Shown here: in pieces, positions 1 to 9,091 of the stretch
Layout: every line of letters begins with the position of its first letter
Numbering within the stretch: position 1 is the first letter of the stretch
Source of the DNA: Gammaproteobacteria bacterium
GTDB taxonomy: Bacteria; Pseudomonadota; Gammaproteobacteria; GCA-001735895
Assembly: GCA_029862005.1 (NCBI GenBank)
Contig: JAOTYD010000006.1
Coordinates: 69,758 to 133,757, forward strand
Direction of reading: 5' to 3'
Length of the DNA stretch: 64,000 nt
Position numbers and translations under genes: made by a program
The notes under the pieces: generated by a model
Told to the model about the DNA's origin: nothing
The model's database searches: none
The model's input: only the letters and a program-made list of their open reading frames with translations

Positions 1-652
1 AGCCAATGTTCTCCACAGTGCCCTCGATGTCACGATCGGGCGAGCGGATCCAGTCACCAATAACAAACGGCCGGTCAAAATAGATAATCAGCCCACCGAA
101 AAAATTGGCGAGCAGGTCCTTGGCGGCAAAACCAACCGCAATGCCACCAATACCGCCCATCGCAAGCACACCGGAAACGCTGAAACCGAGAGTCTGCAGT
201 ATCACCAACGCCGCTGTGATAATAACCGCGAGGCGCACCAGTTTACCGATTGCGAGGACCGTATGCTTGTCGACCCGGTCCGATTCCTGGCCGAATTCCT
301 GTTCCGCGCCGCGGATAATTCCGAGCACAAACCAGGTGATACAGACCAGTACCCCGACGTCTCGTACCGAGTCAGAATAGGTGAAAATAGTGCTCTGGGT
401 TTCGGCATAGATAATTTCAACCGCGATATCCAGCCCTGCGAGCCAGATTATCCAGGTAACCGGGCGCATCATCGCACCGAACACAATTTCATCCCAGCGT
501 GTGGGCGTTCGGTAAAGCTTTTTATGAATTCGTGCGAGCAAGCGCTTGGCAAAAAAACTGACGACTGCAGTAATCAATACAACGATGAAAACCTGCACTA
601 TCCAGATCGATTCCCGTTCTATCCAGGGTAACCAGTTTTCCAGGTCAAACAT
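1..652 (-). CDS. MscS-family small mechanosensitive channel (YnaI-like), runs off the window start
   Basis: Not in the ORF track. Manual minus-strand translation from ATG at 652 (overlapping the nagZ stop, TAATG) gives MFDLENWLPW...SVSGVLAMGGIGGIAVGFAAKDLLANFFGGLIIYFDRPFVIGDWIRSPDRDIEGTVENIG, the MscS TM3/beta-domain signature. Confidence 0.9.
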   Translation of the reverse strand, partial: MFDLENWLPWIERESIWIVQVFIVVLITAVVSFFAKRLLARIHKKLYRTPTRWDEIVFGAMMRPVTWIIWLAGLDIAVEIIYAETQSTIFTYSDSVRDVGVLVCITWFVLGIIRGAEQEFGQESDRVDKHTVLAIGKLVRLAVIITAALVILQTLGFSVSGVLAMGGIGGIAVGFAAKDLLANFFGGLIIYFDRPFVIGDWIRSPDRDIEGTVENIG

Positions 653-1704
653 TATTCAAACAAGTCTCCGCTTTCAGCCAGACCCAGCCGATGATTAAAG
701 CTTTGTAATTCTTCACATGCATTTTGCCAGGCTTGAGAGTTGAACATATCTTTACAGGTCGCCTGTCCGTGCAGGCGAATCATGCGCAGCTGCGACGTGG
801 GATTAGAATAACCCTGTAGCGAATTCAGCACTTCGTCTGCGCCCTCGGCATTATTACAAACCAGCAGGATGTCACAACCGGCTGCAAGCGCGTGTTCCGC
901 ACGTTGCGGGTAACCGCCAACCGCCTCGGCTCCGCTCATGCTTAAATCGTCGCTGAAGACAGTGCCTTCGAATTGCAGCTGCCCGCGCAGGATTGTCTCG
1001 ATCCAGTAGCGCGAGTAACCCGCGGCATTCTGATCAACCTGGTCATAAATGACATGCGCCATCATGATGCCGGCTAAATGAGTCGCGATAACCCGTCGAA
1101 ATGGTACCAGGTCGAGCGCTTCGATTTCACTGATGCTGCGTCGATCGAATGGCATCACGTGGTGCGAGTCCCCCTTGACCGATCCGTGACCCGGAAAGTG
1201 CTTGCCAACTGCCTCCATGCCCGCCCTGCGCATGCCTCGTATCCAGGCATTGGCCAAATGAGAAACGGTCTCCGGATCCCGGTGAAACGCGCGATCACCG
1301 ATCACACTGCTGACCGGACTGGCGATATCCAGCACCGGCGAAAAGCTCAGATCAACACCGTAATAGAGCAGCTCTGCAGCCATTACCCAGGCAAATTTCT
1401 CGGCCAGTTGGAGCGCCTGCCCCGCATCCTCGTCGTAAAGATCACCTAGCAGGCCCATCGCCGGAATCGCCTGGAATCCGTCACGAAAGCGTTGTATCCG
1501 GCCACCTTCATGATCGACAGCCACCACCAGCCGTGGATCTCTGAGCTTATGAATTTCCGCGCACAGCGCCGCGAGTTGCTCCGGATTCCGGTAATTGCGG
1601 CTGAACAGGATCACACCACCGACCTGTGGATCCAGCAGACGCTTACGATCTTCCGCTTCGAGTTCGCAACCGGCGATATCGAGCATGACAGGTCCCAGAC
1701 TCAC
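652..1704 (-). CDS. nagZ: beta-N-acetylhexosaminidase (GH3)
   Basis: Motifs VDHEGGRIQRFR, KHFPGHGSVKGDSH and FSDDLSMSGA. Confidence 0.95.
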   Translation of the reverse strand: MSLGPVMLDIAGCELEAEDRKRLLDPQVGGVILFSRNYRNPEQLAALCAEIHKLRDPRLVVAVDHEGGRIQRFRDGFQAIPAMGLLGDLYDEDAGQALQLAEKFAWVMAAELLYYGVDLSFSPVLDIASPVSSVIGDRAFHRDPETVSHLANAWIRGMRRAGMEAVGKHFPGHGSVKGDSHHVMPFDRRSISEIEALDLVPFRRVIATHLAGIMMAHVIYDQVDQNAAGYSRYWIETILRGQLQFEGTVFSDDLSMSGAEAVGGYPQRAEHALAAGCDILLVCNNAEGADEVLNSLQGYSNPTSQLRMIRLHGQATCKDMFNSQAWQNACEELQSFNHRLGLAESGDLFE

Positions 1705-2180
1705 TAATCAGACTCCAGGATTACGACCGCAGCTACGGCAATTCCCTGTTCACGTCCGATAAAGCCGAGCCCCTCGGTCGTGGTCGCCTTGATATTGATT
1801 GCGGTGGCCGGGGTCTCCAGATCCTCGGCGAGAATCGCGGTCATTGAGCCGATATGAGGTGCCATTTTTGGCACCTGTACGATGATCGTGATATCGGCAT
1901 TACCCAGCCGAAAGCCATCGGTATCGATCAACTGTTTAATTTTGCGCAGAAATTCACGGCTATCCCGATTTTCATTGCGTACATCGGTATCGGGAAACAT
2001 CCGGCCGATATCGCCGCGTCCCAGGGCACCGAGTAAGGCATCGCACAGCGCGTGAATAAGCGCGTCACCGTCTGAATGGGCGACGACTGCCTTGTCGCAG
2101 GATACGAAGACGCCGCCCAGGGTAAATCCGTTTCCTTCGACGAAGGCGTGCACATCATACCCGTGTCCAATCCTGGTCAT
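1704..2180 (-). CDS. ispF: 2-C-methyl-D-erythritol 2,4-cyclodiphosphate synthase
   Basis: Motifs RIGHGYDVH, AHSDGD, GDIG and KATTTEGLGF. Confidence 0.96.
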   Translation of the reverse strand: MTRIGHGYDVHAFVEGNGFTLGGVFVSCDKAVVAHSDGDALIHALCDALLGALGRGDIGRMFPDTDVRNENRDSREFLRKIKQLIDTDGFRLGNADITIIVQVPKMAPHIGSMTAILAEDLETPATAINIKATTTEGLGFIGREQGIAVAAVVILESD

Positions 2181-2242
2181 GCTCTTCGAAATCCAGTCTC
2201 AATCGACTAAAAGCGGATAATTATAACCGCAGGTTATGCTAA

Positions 2243-3277
2243 CTACACCCGACTTAGTGCATGTATGTTGAAAAGTAATGCGCTGAATAACAGCAAGGCG
2301 CCAGCCTGGTGTAAGGCACCTAACCATACAGGCACCTGCATTAACAGGGTAGCGATGCCGAGTATCAGTTGCAGGACAACCATCATGCCTACCAGCTTGA
2401 AACTGCGCTGCAGCCTTGTCTCCTCGAAGTGCAAGCGCCCCCTGATATACCAGGCAATCAGAATTATTCCGGCCGTAACGGCCAGCCAGCGATGGTTGAA
2501 CTGTACCGTGACCATGTTTTCCAGCGGGTTCAGGTACCACGGTGATAATGCGCCGATGCCCTCGGGTATCAAACTGCCTCCCATCAACGGGAAAGTATTG
2601 AAAATCAAGCCGGCATCCAGCCCGGCAACAAAACCACCGGAGACGATGGTCACCAGTACCAGGATAGCTAATCCAAGGGACAGTAAGCGCCAGCCGGTAA
2701 CGGTCGACTCGGCCAGTCGACGATAGCTGGCTGTCGTCGCGAGGTTGAATATCGTCCACAGGATGAATCCGTAAATCAGGATTGCACTGAGCAAATGTGC
2801 ACTTAATCGGTATTGACTGACATGCGGATTACTGACCAGCCCGCTTTTAACCATGTACCAGCCCAGCAATCCCTGCAATCCACCCAGTACAAACATGATC
2901 ACCAGGCGGGGCGTCAATCCCGGTTTAATCATTTTACGCAACCAGAAGTAAACAAACGGCAGCAGGAATACCAGCCCGATTAAACGTCCCAGCATCCGGT
3001 GCGAGTACTCGAACCAGTAGATCGATTTAAAACCCTCGAGCGTCATGTCGCTATTGATTTTCTGAAACTCGGGAAACTGCTGATATAGCTTGAATTCCGC
3101 CAGCCACTGCTCCGCACCCAACGGCGGTAGCATTCCGGTCGGATGCCAGGTGACCATGGAAAGCCCCGAGCCGGTGAGGCGCGTGACGCCACCAAGTATT
3201 ATCATCGAAAAAATCAAAACCAGACAAACCTGCAACCAACGCGTTATCGCACGATCGTTTTCGCTAATCTCATTCAT
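2243..3277 (-). CDS. ctaA: heme A synthase, COX15/CtaA family
   Basis: Motifs GGVTRLTGSGLSM, EYSHRMLGR, GWYMVKSGL, VSQYRL and QFNHRW. Start taken at ATG 3277 (MNEISEN) rather than 3361. Confidence 0.9.
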   Translation of the reverse strand: MNEISENDRAITRWLQVCLVLIFSMIILGGVTRLTGSGLSMVTWHPTGMLPPLGAEQWLAEFKLYQQFPEFQKINSDMTLEGFKSIYWFEYSHRMLGRLIGLVFLLPFVYFWLRKMIKPGLTPRLVIMFVLGGLQGLLGWYMVKSGLVSNPHVSQYRLSAHLLSAILIYGFILWTIFNLATTASYRRLAESTVTGWRLLSLGLAILVLVTIVSGGFVAGLDAGLIFNTFPLMGGSLIPEGIGALSPWYLNPLENMVTVQFNHRWLAVTAGIILIAWYIRGRLHFEETRLQRSFKLVGMMVVLQLILGIATLLMQVPVWLGALHQAGALLLFSALLFNIHALSRV

Positions 3278-3360
3278 ATGGAACGGGTATCTAGTCTCCA
3301 GGATCTGCCGCCGTAACCGGCAGTCAGCACCACACTGCGTAATTCTATTACAGACGCCCA

Positions 3361-3389
3361 AAAAAAAAAGGCGCCTATGGGCGCCTTTC
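3361..3389 (-). terminator. rho-independent terminator
   Basis: Minus strand reads AAAGGCGCC-CATA-GGCGCCTTTTTTTTT, a GC stem followed by a U-tract. Confidence 0.8.
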
Positions 3390-3407
3390 TCGTCCTCGCT
3401 GCCGCTA

Positions 3408-3580
3408 TTATTCTTGTATGGCAGCTATCTCCTCCAGTTGCTTTGCCTTGATCGATCAACCATCCCGCGTTGACTTTTCAACACCAGGGCCCAGGGCCAC
3501 TGATACTTGCTGGCAGTAGTAAACCACAGGCATTTCAAAGTTGCTACCGAATTTTGCAATAATTTTTCCCGGTAATTTTC
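3408..3580 (-). pseudogene. eroded C-terminal fragment resembling heterodisulfide-reductase-like subunit B (HdrB, CCG family)
   Basis: Minus strand reads ENYRE/K-(frameshift)-IIAKFGSNFEMPVVYYCQQVSVALGPGVEKSTRDG*SIKAKQLEEIAAIQE*, with an in-frame TGA at 3456-3458. It resembles my recollection of sHdrB2 C-termini (..F.MPVVYYSQL..VAYG......DGQ.I.AK.LEEIA). Confidence 0.5.
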
Positions 3581-3637
3581 CGGATTATGCCGGGGAATTT
3601 CCAGACTTCAGGAGATGTCGCTCCGGATACAACTGGC

Positions 3638-4906
3638 TTAACGCCTGGCCTGAATCTCCTCGAACGGAAAGCTGTCCAGACGCTCAACCCCATGGTGCCT
3701 GACCACGACCTGGACCTCCAGCTTGATTGACTCGCTGCCCTTTTCTCCAATCAGGCTTTCCACGCACAGCACCATGTTCTTTTCAAATCGACCTTCGCAG
3801 GCAAATTCAAAATCGGGATGCAGGGGGATGACCGGCCATTCATCCGCCATGCCGACGCCATGCGCGGCCAGCGAATAGCGATAGGGTTGGTAAGGTTCCG
3901 GAATCCGCCAGGACTTCGCATTGAATTCTCGAAAACTCATTCCGCATTCGATAATTTCCAGGTTGTGATTTATCTGTTCCACCGCGGCCGCGTAAAGTTC
4001 GGCCTGCTTTGGCGTCATCTGGGTATAGCCACAGGTCCAGGAGCGCGACAGGTCCGCGCAGTATCCGTATGGCCCGATCATGTCCGTATCAAACGAAATC
4101 ATTTCCCCTTGCCGGCAGACGTAGTCAGAACACTCCTGGTACCAGGGATTGGTACGCGCACCGCAGGTTAGCAACCGGGTCTCGAGCCATTCTCCACCGG
4201 AACGCGCGTTTTCGTAGTGTAATTCTGCCCACAGCTCCTGCTCGGTGCGTCCCGGAACGGAGTTTTCATAGATGCGCGCCATGCCGGCCTCGCAAACGCG
4301 GATCGTCCATCGCATCAGGGTTAGTTCATCCTCGCTTTTAATCGCACGCGCGCGCTCGGTCAACTCCTGTCCATCAACGATCTCCAGGCCATGGGCTTCG
4401 AGTTCCCTGAGCCCGAGCGGTTCAAGTTTGTCAACTGCGAGGCGCCTGTTGCCGGCACCGTGGCTTTGCATTGAATCGACAATCCCCCGGCCCCAGGTAA
4501 CGACTTGCTCCGGGACACGGTCTCCAACTTCCATGAAAATCCATGGAACCGAACTACGAACCTCGTCGATACCCTCGTAGCCCTCGCACAAATGATGGCA
4601 GCCATCAAACTCGAACATAATCGCCGGTCCATCGGTAAAAATGAGTGCATAGCGCATGGCACTGTGCGCACACCAGACCTGCATGTTACGCACATCGAGG
4701 GCGTAACGAATATTAACCGGGTCATATAGTAACAATGCTGCGTAATCGAAATTCTGTAACTGTTCGCGGATTCGTGCCAGTCGATACTGGCGTGCGCTTA
4801 CCAGCGTTTCATGCGGGATCGGACTCTTTAGCGGACGCCCGGCGCCTTCCTGGTTAAGGTAGGTTCTTTTTCGTTCATCGAAGAAAGTATTCTTTAACGC
4901 CTTCAC
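3638..4906 (-). CDS. M24B metallopeptidase-fold protein, DddP (DMSP lyase)-like
   Basis: Motifs YDPVNIRYA, GGEWLETRLL, RTNPWYQEC, FDTDMIG..GY.ADLSR, HGVGMADEWP, VES and KLE. GTG start at 4906 lies just after the upstream stop. Confidence 0.75.
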   Translation of the reverse strand: MKALKNTFFDERKRTYLNQEGAGRPLKSPIPHETLVSARQYRLARIREQLQNFDYAALLLYDPVNIRYALDVRNMQVWCAHSAMRYALIFTDGPAIMFEFDGCHHLCEGYEGIDEVRSSVPWIFMEVGDRVPEQVVTWGRGIVDSMQSHGAGNRRLAVDKLEPLGLRELEAHGLEIVDGQELTERARAIKSEDELTLMRWTIRVCEAGMARIYENSVPGRTEQELWAELHYENARSGGEWLETRLLTCGARTNPWYQECSDYVCRQGEMISFDTDMIGPYGYCADLSRSWTCGYTQMTPKQAELYAAAVEQINHNLEIIECGMSFREFNAKSWRIPEPYQPYRYSLAAHGVGMADEWPVIPLHPDFEFACEGRFEKNMVLCVESLIGEKGSESIKLEVQVVVRHHGVERLDSFPFEEIQARR

Positions 4907-4907
4907 T

Positions 4908-5393
4908 TTATTGCCCCGGGTCAATATGAGCCAACCGGTCCAGCTTGTCGCCTTCCAGTTCGTAAGCCTGGCCAAAGCCGCGTACGAATCGACCCGTCTT
5001 TGCATGCACGCAAAACAACTGGAAATCGGGGAGCGGTTCGATAATTTCCATCACCTTACCAAAGCGGTGGTGAAACAGGTCCAACACAGCCCTGAATTGC
5101 CCATTATCCCGGGTTACGAGCTCCGCCCTTCCCTGTAGATTGATGCGTTTTCGGGCAAACGGATTTCCGGCTTCGTCTTCAAGCAGCATCAAGCCAATTT
5201 CAGGGTTGCGCATCAGATTGCCCGTATGACTCGCGAGCCGACTGAGGAAGAGATAGTAATTTCCTTCGAATAAAACGCAGGGAGCGTAACTCGATTCTGG
5301 GGTATGGGCGCTGCCGAGGGTTGCCAATTGAGCGCTGTTGGCATCGTCGCGTAACGCGAGATAATCCCGGTGTGCGCTATCTATGTCGTTCAA
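4908..5393 (-). CDS. HugZ/HutZ-like heme-utilisation protein (pyridoxamine 5'-phosphate oxidase fold)
   Basis: Motifs SYAP, LSRLASHTGNL, FARKR, LPDFQLF and GRFVRGFGQAY. Confidence 0.8.
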   Translation of the reverse strand: MNDIDSAHRDYLALRDDANSAQLATLGSAHTPESSYAPCVLFEGNYYLFLSRLASHTGNLMRNPEIGLMLLEDEAGNPFARKRINLQGRAELVTRDNGQFRAVLDLFHHRFGKVMEIIEPLPDFQLFCVHAKTGRFVRGFGQAYELEGDKLDRLAHIDPGQ

Positions 5394-5432
5394 AACGGGC
5401 CCCGGCAGTCAGTACCCGTTTATTCTGCCACG

Positions 5433-6176
5433 CTAGGAAGACATTCGCATCAAGCTCGCGCTGGCGGTGTCGTTTTCACTGGCCAGTTTCATCAGTTTGA
5501 CCTGCTGCTCGTAGTAGCGCGCATAGTCAATCATGCGCACCATGGCGTCCACCGCGTTGACATTGCTGCCTTCGAGCGCACCCGAGGTTACCGAGATCGA
5601 TGCGTCGGCCTGGGCCTCGACACCATCCTGGACACGAAACAGGCCATCCTCGCCACGGTAGATTTGATCCCTGGGTGGATTGACCAGGCGAATTCGATCC
5701 ACACCGACCAACGTATTGGCTGACTGGCCAGTGGCACGAATGCTGATGGTGCCGTCGCGACCGATGACGAGACTTTCAAATTGCGGGATCGTAATCGGAC
5801 CACCGTCACCGAGCACGATCTGGTTGGCTCCATTGACTAAAAGACCGGTTGGGTCGATCCTGAAATCGCCACGACGCGAATAGGCCGTACTGCCATCTTC
5901 TGCCTGCACCGCAAACCAGCCGTCACCATCAATGGCAAGATCGAGGTTGCGACCGGTTATATTTATGGTGCCAGGGTTGAAATTGACACCACTATCCTCG
6001 TCGCTGACATATACCCGATCGAGATGACCGGGGCCAGAAACCGGGTTCGACTCGAAGTGGTCCAGGGTTGCCTTGAAGCCAACCGTACTGATATTGGCAA
6101 GATTATTGGCATTATTTTGCTGCGCAAGCATCGCCTGCGCAGCGCCATTCATTGCCAGGTACAGGTAATTATCCAT
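5433..6176 (-). CDS. flgF: flagellar basal-body rod protein FlgF
   Basis: Motifs ANNLANISTVGFK, TGRNLDLAIDGDGWFAVQ and LEGSNVNAVDAM; follows flgE. Confidence 0.93.
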   Translation of the reverse strand: MDNYLYLAMNGAAQAMLAQQNNANNLANISTVGFKATLDHFESNPVSGPGHLDRVYVSDEDSGVNFNPGTINITGRNLDLAIDGDGWFAVQAEDGSTAYSRRGDFRIDPTGLLVNGANQIVLGDGGPITIPQFESLVIGRDGTISIRATGQSANTLVGVDRIRLVNPPRDQIYRGEDGLFRVQDGVEAQADASISVTSGALEGSNVNAVDAMVRMIDYARYYEQQVKLMKLASENDTASASLMRMSS

Positions 6177-6196
6177 GACAGTCTAACCCTGATTCC

Positions 6197-7519
6197 CTAT
6201 CGAATCTGGATGATGGTATCGGTTATCGAGTTCGATGTTTCGATCGAACGCGCGTTGGCCTGGAAGTTCCGCTGCGCCGTGATTAGATTCACCAGTTGCT
6301 GCGTCAGGTCGACGTTGGAAGATTCCAGCGCACCCGATTGAATCAGGCCAAAACGTCCAGTACCGGCAGCGCCGGTGATCACCGGCCCCGAGTCTATGGT
6401 TTCCTGCCAGGCTGATCCACCAACCGCATTCAAGCCCTGCAGGTTGGCAAAATCGGCCAGCGCGACCTGTCCCATCGGGGTCTGAATGCCGTTACTGTAA
6501 GTCGCACGAATCAATCCATCCTCGGAAATATCCAGCCCGGTCAGTCTGCCGGTGGTGAAACCATCCGGATCGAGCGTACTCACCGAGAACGATGCTGCGA
6601 ACTGGGTGGTGCTGTTATTAGCAAAATCATGCAACACTGTGAGCGGGCTGGCGCCGTTGGTCAACGGAATCGCGGTGTTTTGCAGTGCTGCCGGCGTACT
6701 GCTGGCATAACTGCCGTCGGGATTGAAGTTCAAAACACCTGCATTTTGTAGCACAGGCAGGCCGCCATTCAAGTGGTTAACCGCGGTACCGCCGGCGATA
6801 TCAACCTCGGCACCATCGAGATAGGTAAATACTGCCCACTGGTTGGGATTGCTGAGCGGATTGGTAACCGAGCCCCCCAGGTCATTAACGAAGTAATAGG
6901 ACAACACATGCGAGGCACCGAGCGAATCGAAAACCGTGGACGAGGTCGCGTGCGTATAGGTGTTACTCGCAGTCGGATCGAACGCGGCGGGATCAAGCTT
7001 GATCGTCGACGCGTCCAGGTTCAGCCCGACTTCGACTTCGGTTGTTGCCTGTGGCGCGCCAGTGGTCGCCGGCAACGTAATCGGGATCGTGGTATTCAAG
7101 CTGGTCGAGGTGACATTACCGCTAGCGTCTACCGGGAAAGCCTGCAGGTATTCGCCCGCGCTATTGGTAACCGTGCCGGTATTATCAACACGAAACTGCC
7201 CGGCCCGGGTATAGGAAATGTCGCTGCCGGTCAGGGATTTGTTGGTAATGAAGAAACCCTGGCCACTGATTGCCATGTCGAGACTGGCGTCGGTAAATTT
7301 GAGGTTACCCTGGTCGAACTGCTGGCTAACGCTCAATACTTCAACCCCGCTTCCGACCTGGGTGGAAGTGTTGCCAAACGGCGATAACTCGAACAGGTCG
7401 CCGAATTCGGTACGCGAATTCTTGAACCCGGTGGTTGCGACGTTAGCGATGTTGTTGCTGGTAACGCTAAGATCGACGGTTGCGGCCTGTAATCCGCTCA
7501 GTGCTGCATTAAATGACAT
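6197..7519 (-). CDS. flgE: flagellar hook protein FlgE
   Basis: Motifs SNNIANVATTGFK, YTRAGQF, FDSLG and LESSNVDLTQQLVNLITAQRNFQANA. Confidence 0.96.
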   Translation of the reverse strand: MSFNAALSGLQAATVDLSVTSNNIANVATTGFKNSRTEFGDLFELSPFGNTSTQVGSGVEVLSVSQQFDQGNLKFTDASLDMAISGQGFFITNKSLTGSDISYTRAGQFRVDNTGTVTNSAGEYLQAFPVDASGNVTSTSLNTTIPITLPATTGAPQATTEVEVGLNLDASTIKLDPAAFDPTASNTYTHATSSTVFDSLGASHVLSYYFVNDLGGSVTNPLSNPNQWAVFTYLDGAEVDIAGGTAVNHLNGGLPVLQNAGVLNFNPDGSYASSTPAALQNTAIPLTNGASPLTVLHDFANNSTTQFAASFSVSTLDPDGFTTGRLTGLDISEDGLIRATYSNGIQTPMGQVALADFANLQGLNAVGGSAWQETIDSGPVITGAAGTGRFGLIQSGALESSNVDLTQQLVNLITAQRNFQANARSIETSNSITDTIIQIR

Positions 7520-7536
7520 TAGTTTCTCCTGCTTTG

Positions 7537-8214
7537 CTACATTATTTTGCGAACCTGGTTCATATCGATATCGCCGAGGCCGGACACGCTAAGCGTAAGA
7601 TCCTGACCACCGACGCCGAGGGTTACACTCTCGACATCAACCACCGTAAACATACTTCCCGAGCTGACCTCGGTACCCCTGTAAACCTCTGCTGCGATCT
7701 GGTACTGACCGCCCGGCAGACTATTGCCGTCCGGGTCCAGTCCATTCCATTCAAAATCGATCAACCCGGCCTGCTGCAGTCCGAGTTCCTGGCGATTCAT
7801 CAGTTGGCCTGCCGAATTCTTGATCGTAATGACGACCTTGCTTGCCGGCTGGGCCAGTTCTACTGATCCCATCAGGCTGGCACCATCATTCAGAATACCG
7901 GTTTGCGACGGCACCAAAACGCGCCTGCCGACCAGCGTCGATGCCTGCAACGCCTGGTTTGACTGGAAAGAGGCACTCATGGTGTTAATCGTGGTATTCA
8001 AATCACTGATTCCGCTAACCGTACCGAACTGGGCCATCTGCCCCAGAAAATTTCCGTTTTCCATTGGCTTGAGCGGATCCTGGTATTGCAATTGGGCAGT
8101 CATCAGTGCCAGAAACTCTGCCTGTCCGAGCTCATCGTTTTCCCTGGTATCATTTTCCGTGGGCTGGTTTAATCCCAGCTGGGTATAAATCGAGTTGGTA
8201 TCGATATCAGACAT
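7537..8214 (-). CDS. flgD: flagellar hook capping protein FlgD
   Basis: Motif FLALMTAQLQYQDPLKPM..F..QMAQF. Confidence 0.95.
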   Translation of the reverse strand: MSDIDTNSIYTQLGLNQPTENDTRENDELGQAEFLALMTAQLQYQDPLKPMENGNFLGQMAQFGTVSGISDLNTTINTMSASFQSNQALQASTLVGRRVLVPSQTGILNDGASLMGSVELAQPASKVVITIKNSAGQLMNRQELGLQQAGLIDFEWNGLDPDGNSLPGGQYQIAAEVYRGTEVSSGSMFTVVDVESVTLGVGGQDLTLSVSGLGDIDMNQVRKIM

Positions 8215-8226
8215 CTTGATACTCCG

Positions 8227-8637
8227 TTAATTTCCCAACGACAGGACGCGCAGTAACAGGTCGCGCGAGGTATTTAAAACTTCAACATTATTCTGGTAGG
8301 CACGCGAAGCCGAAATCATGTTCGCCATTTCTTCGACCGGGTTGACATTGCTACCAAACACGAAGCCATCTTCATTCGCCAGGGCATGACCCGGGTCGTA
8401 GCGTCGTTCGACCGTCTTTTGACTTTGCACGATCTGAAGCATTTGCACCCCGACCTCACCCGGCCGGTTATGGTTGCCCAGCAATGACTGGAATACCGGC
8501 TGGCGAGATCGATATGCCTCTGCCTCGCTGCTGGCGATGGTTTCTACATTGGCCAGGTTACTGGCAACGGTATTCAAACGCACCGACTGAGCACTGATCG
8601 CGCTACCGGAAATATTGAAATTGGCATACAGCCCCAT
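8227..8637 (-). CDS. flgC: flagellar basal-body rod protein FlgC
   Basis: Motifs RLNTVASNLAN, YDPGH.LA..DG.V and NVNPVEEMANMISASRAYQ. Confidence 0.96.
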   Translation of the reverse strand: MGLYANFNISGSAISAQSVRLNTVASNLANVETIASSEAEAYRSRQPVFQSLLGNHNRPGEVGVQMLQIVQSQKTVERRYDPGHALANEDGFVFGSNVNPVEEMANMISASRAYQNNVEVLNTSRDLLLRVLSLGN

Positions 8638-8639
8638 GT

Positions 8640-9041
8640 CTATTCTCCTTTCAGGGCCTTCATAAGACCCGTTACCTTGCTATTCAGGAATGTAAAACTG
8701 GTTTGGAACATTAATGCGTTTTCGGAGAACTCGGCCTGCTCAACGTGGGAATCAACCGAGTTACCGTCCAGCGAGGGATGCAACGGGTTGCGATACATCA
8801 GGGCAGGCTGCATCGAGCTCGATTGAGTCGTCATATGGTCGCGATGCGTGCTGGCCAACACTATGTGGCTGGCCTGTTGCTGGCTTGCGTTGCGCAGCAT
8901 GGCGCCGAAGTCTATGTCACGCGCTTTATAGTTCGGTGTATCCGCGTTAGCGATATTGGCGGCCAGGATCGAGGTACGCTGGCCGCGCAGCAGCAGTGCG
9001 TCATCGTGTATAGAAAAGGCTCGTTCGAAGCTTATTGGCAT
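8640..9041 (-). CDS. flgB: flagellar basal-body rod protein FlgB
   Basis: Motifs ANIANADTPNYKARDIDF and SLDGNSVD. Confidence 0.96.
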   Translation of the reverse strand: MPISFERAFSIHDDALLLRGQRTSILAANIANADTPNYKARDIDFGAMLRNASQQQASHIVLASTHRDHMTTQSSSMQPALMYRNPLHPSLDGNSVDSHVEQAEFSENALMFQTSFTFLNSKVTGLMKALKGE

Positions 9042-9075
9042 GGTAATACCCGTAATTCAGCAATACGGATCCTGA

Positions 9076-9091
9076 TGCATAGACGATGCCA
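9076..9091 (-). promoter_or_regulatory. sigma54 (-24/-12) promoter of the flgB operon
   Basis: Minus strand TGGCATCGTCTATGCA (GG-N10-GC) 35 bp upstream of flgB, with an IHF-like site AATCAG-AGAC-TTA at 9111-9123. Confidence 0.7.

Noticed and set aside
105..631. Plus-strand ORFs of 91 and 122 aa at the window start
   Set aside because: They are shadows of the minus-strand MscS gene, which the ORF track missed because it runs off the edge.
3448..3459. Palindrome TTGATCGATCAA resembling an FNR box, and the in-frame TGA as possible selenocysteine
   Set aside because: The spacer is 2 nt rather than 4. The TGA lies in a degenerate fragment at a non-Cys position with no evident SECIS element.
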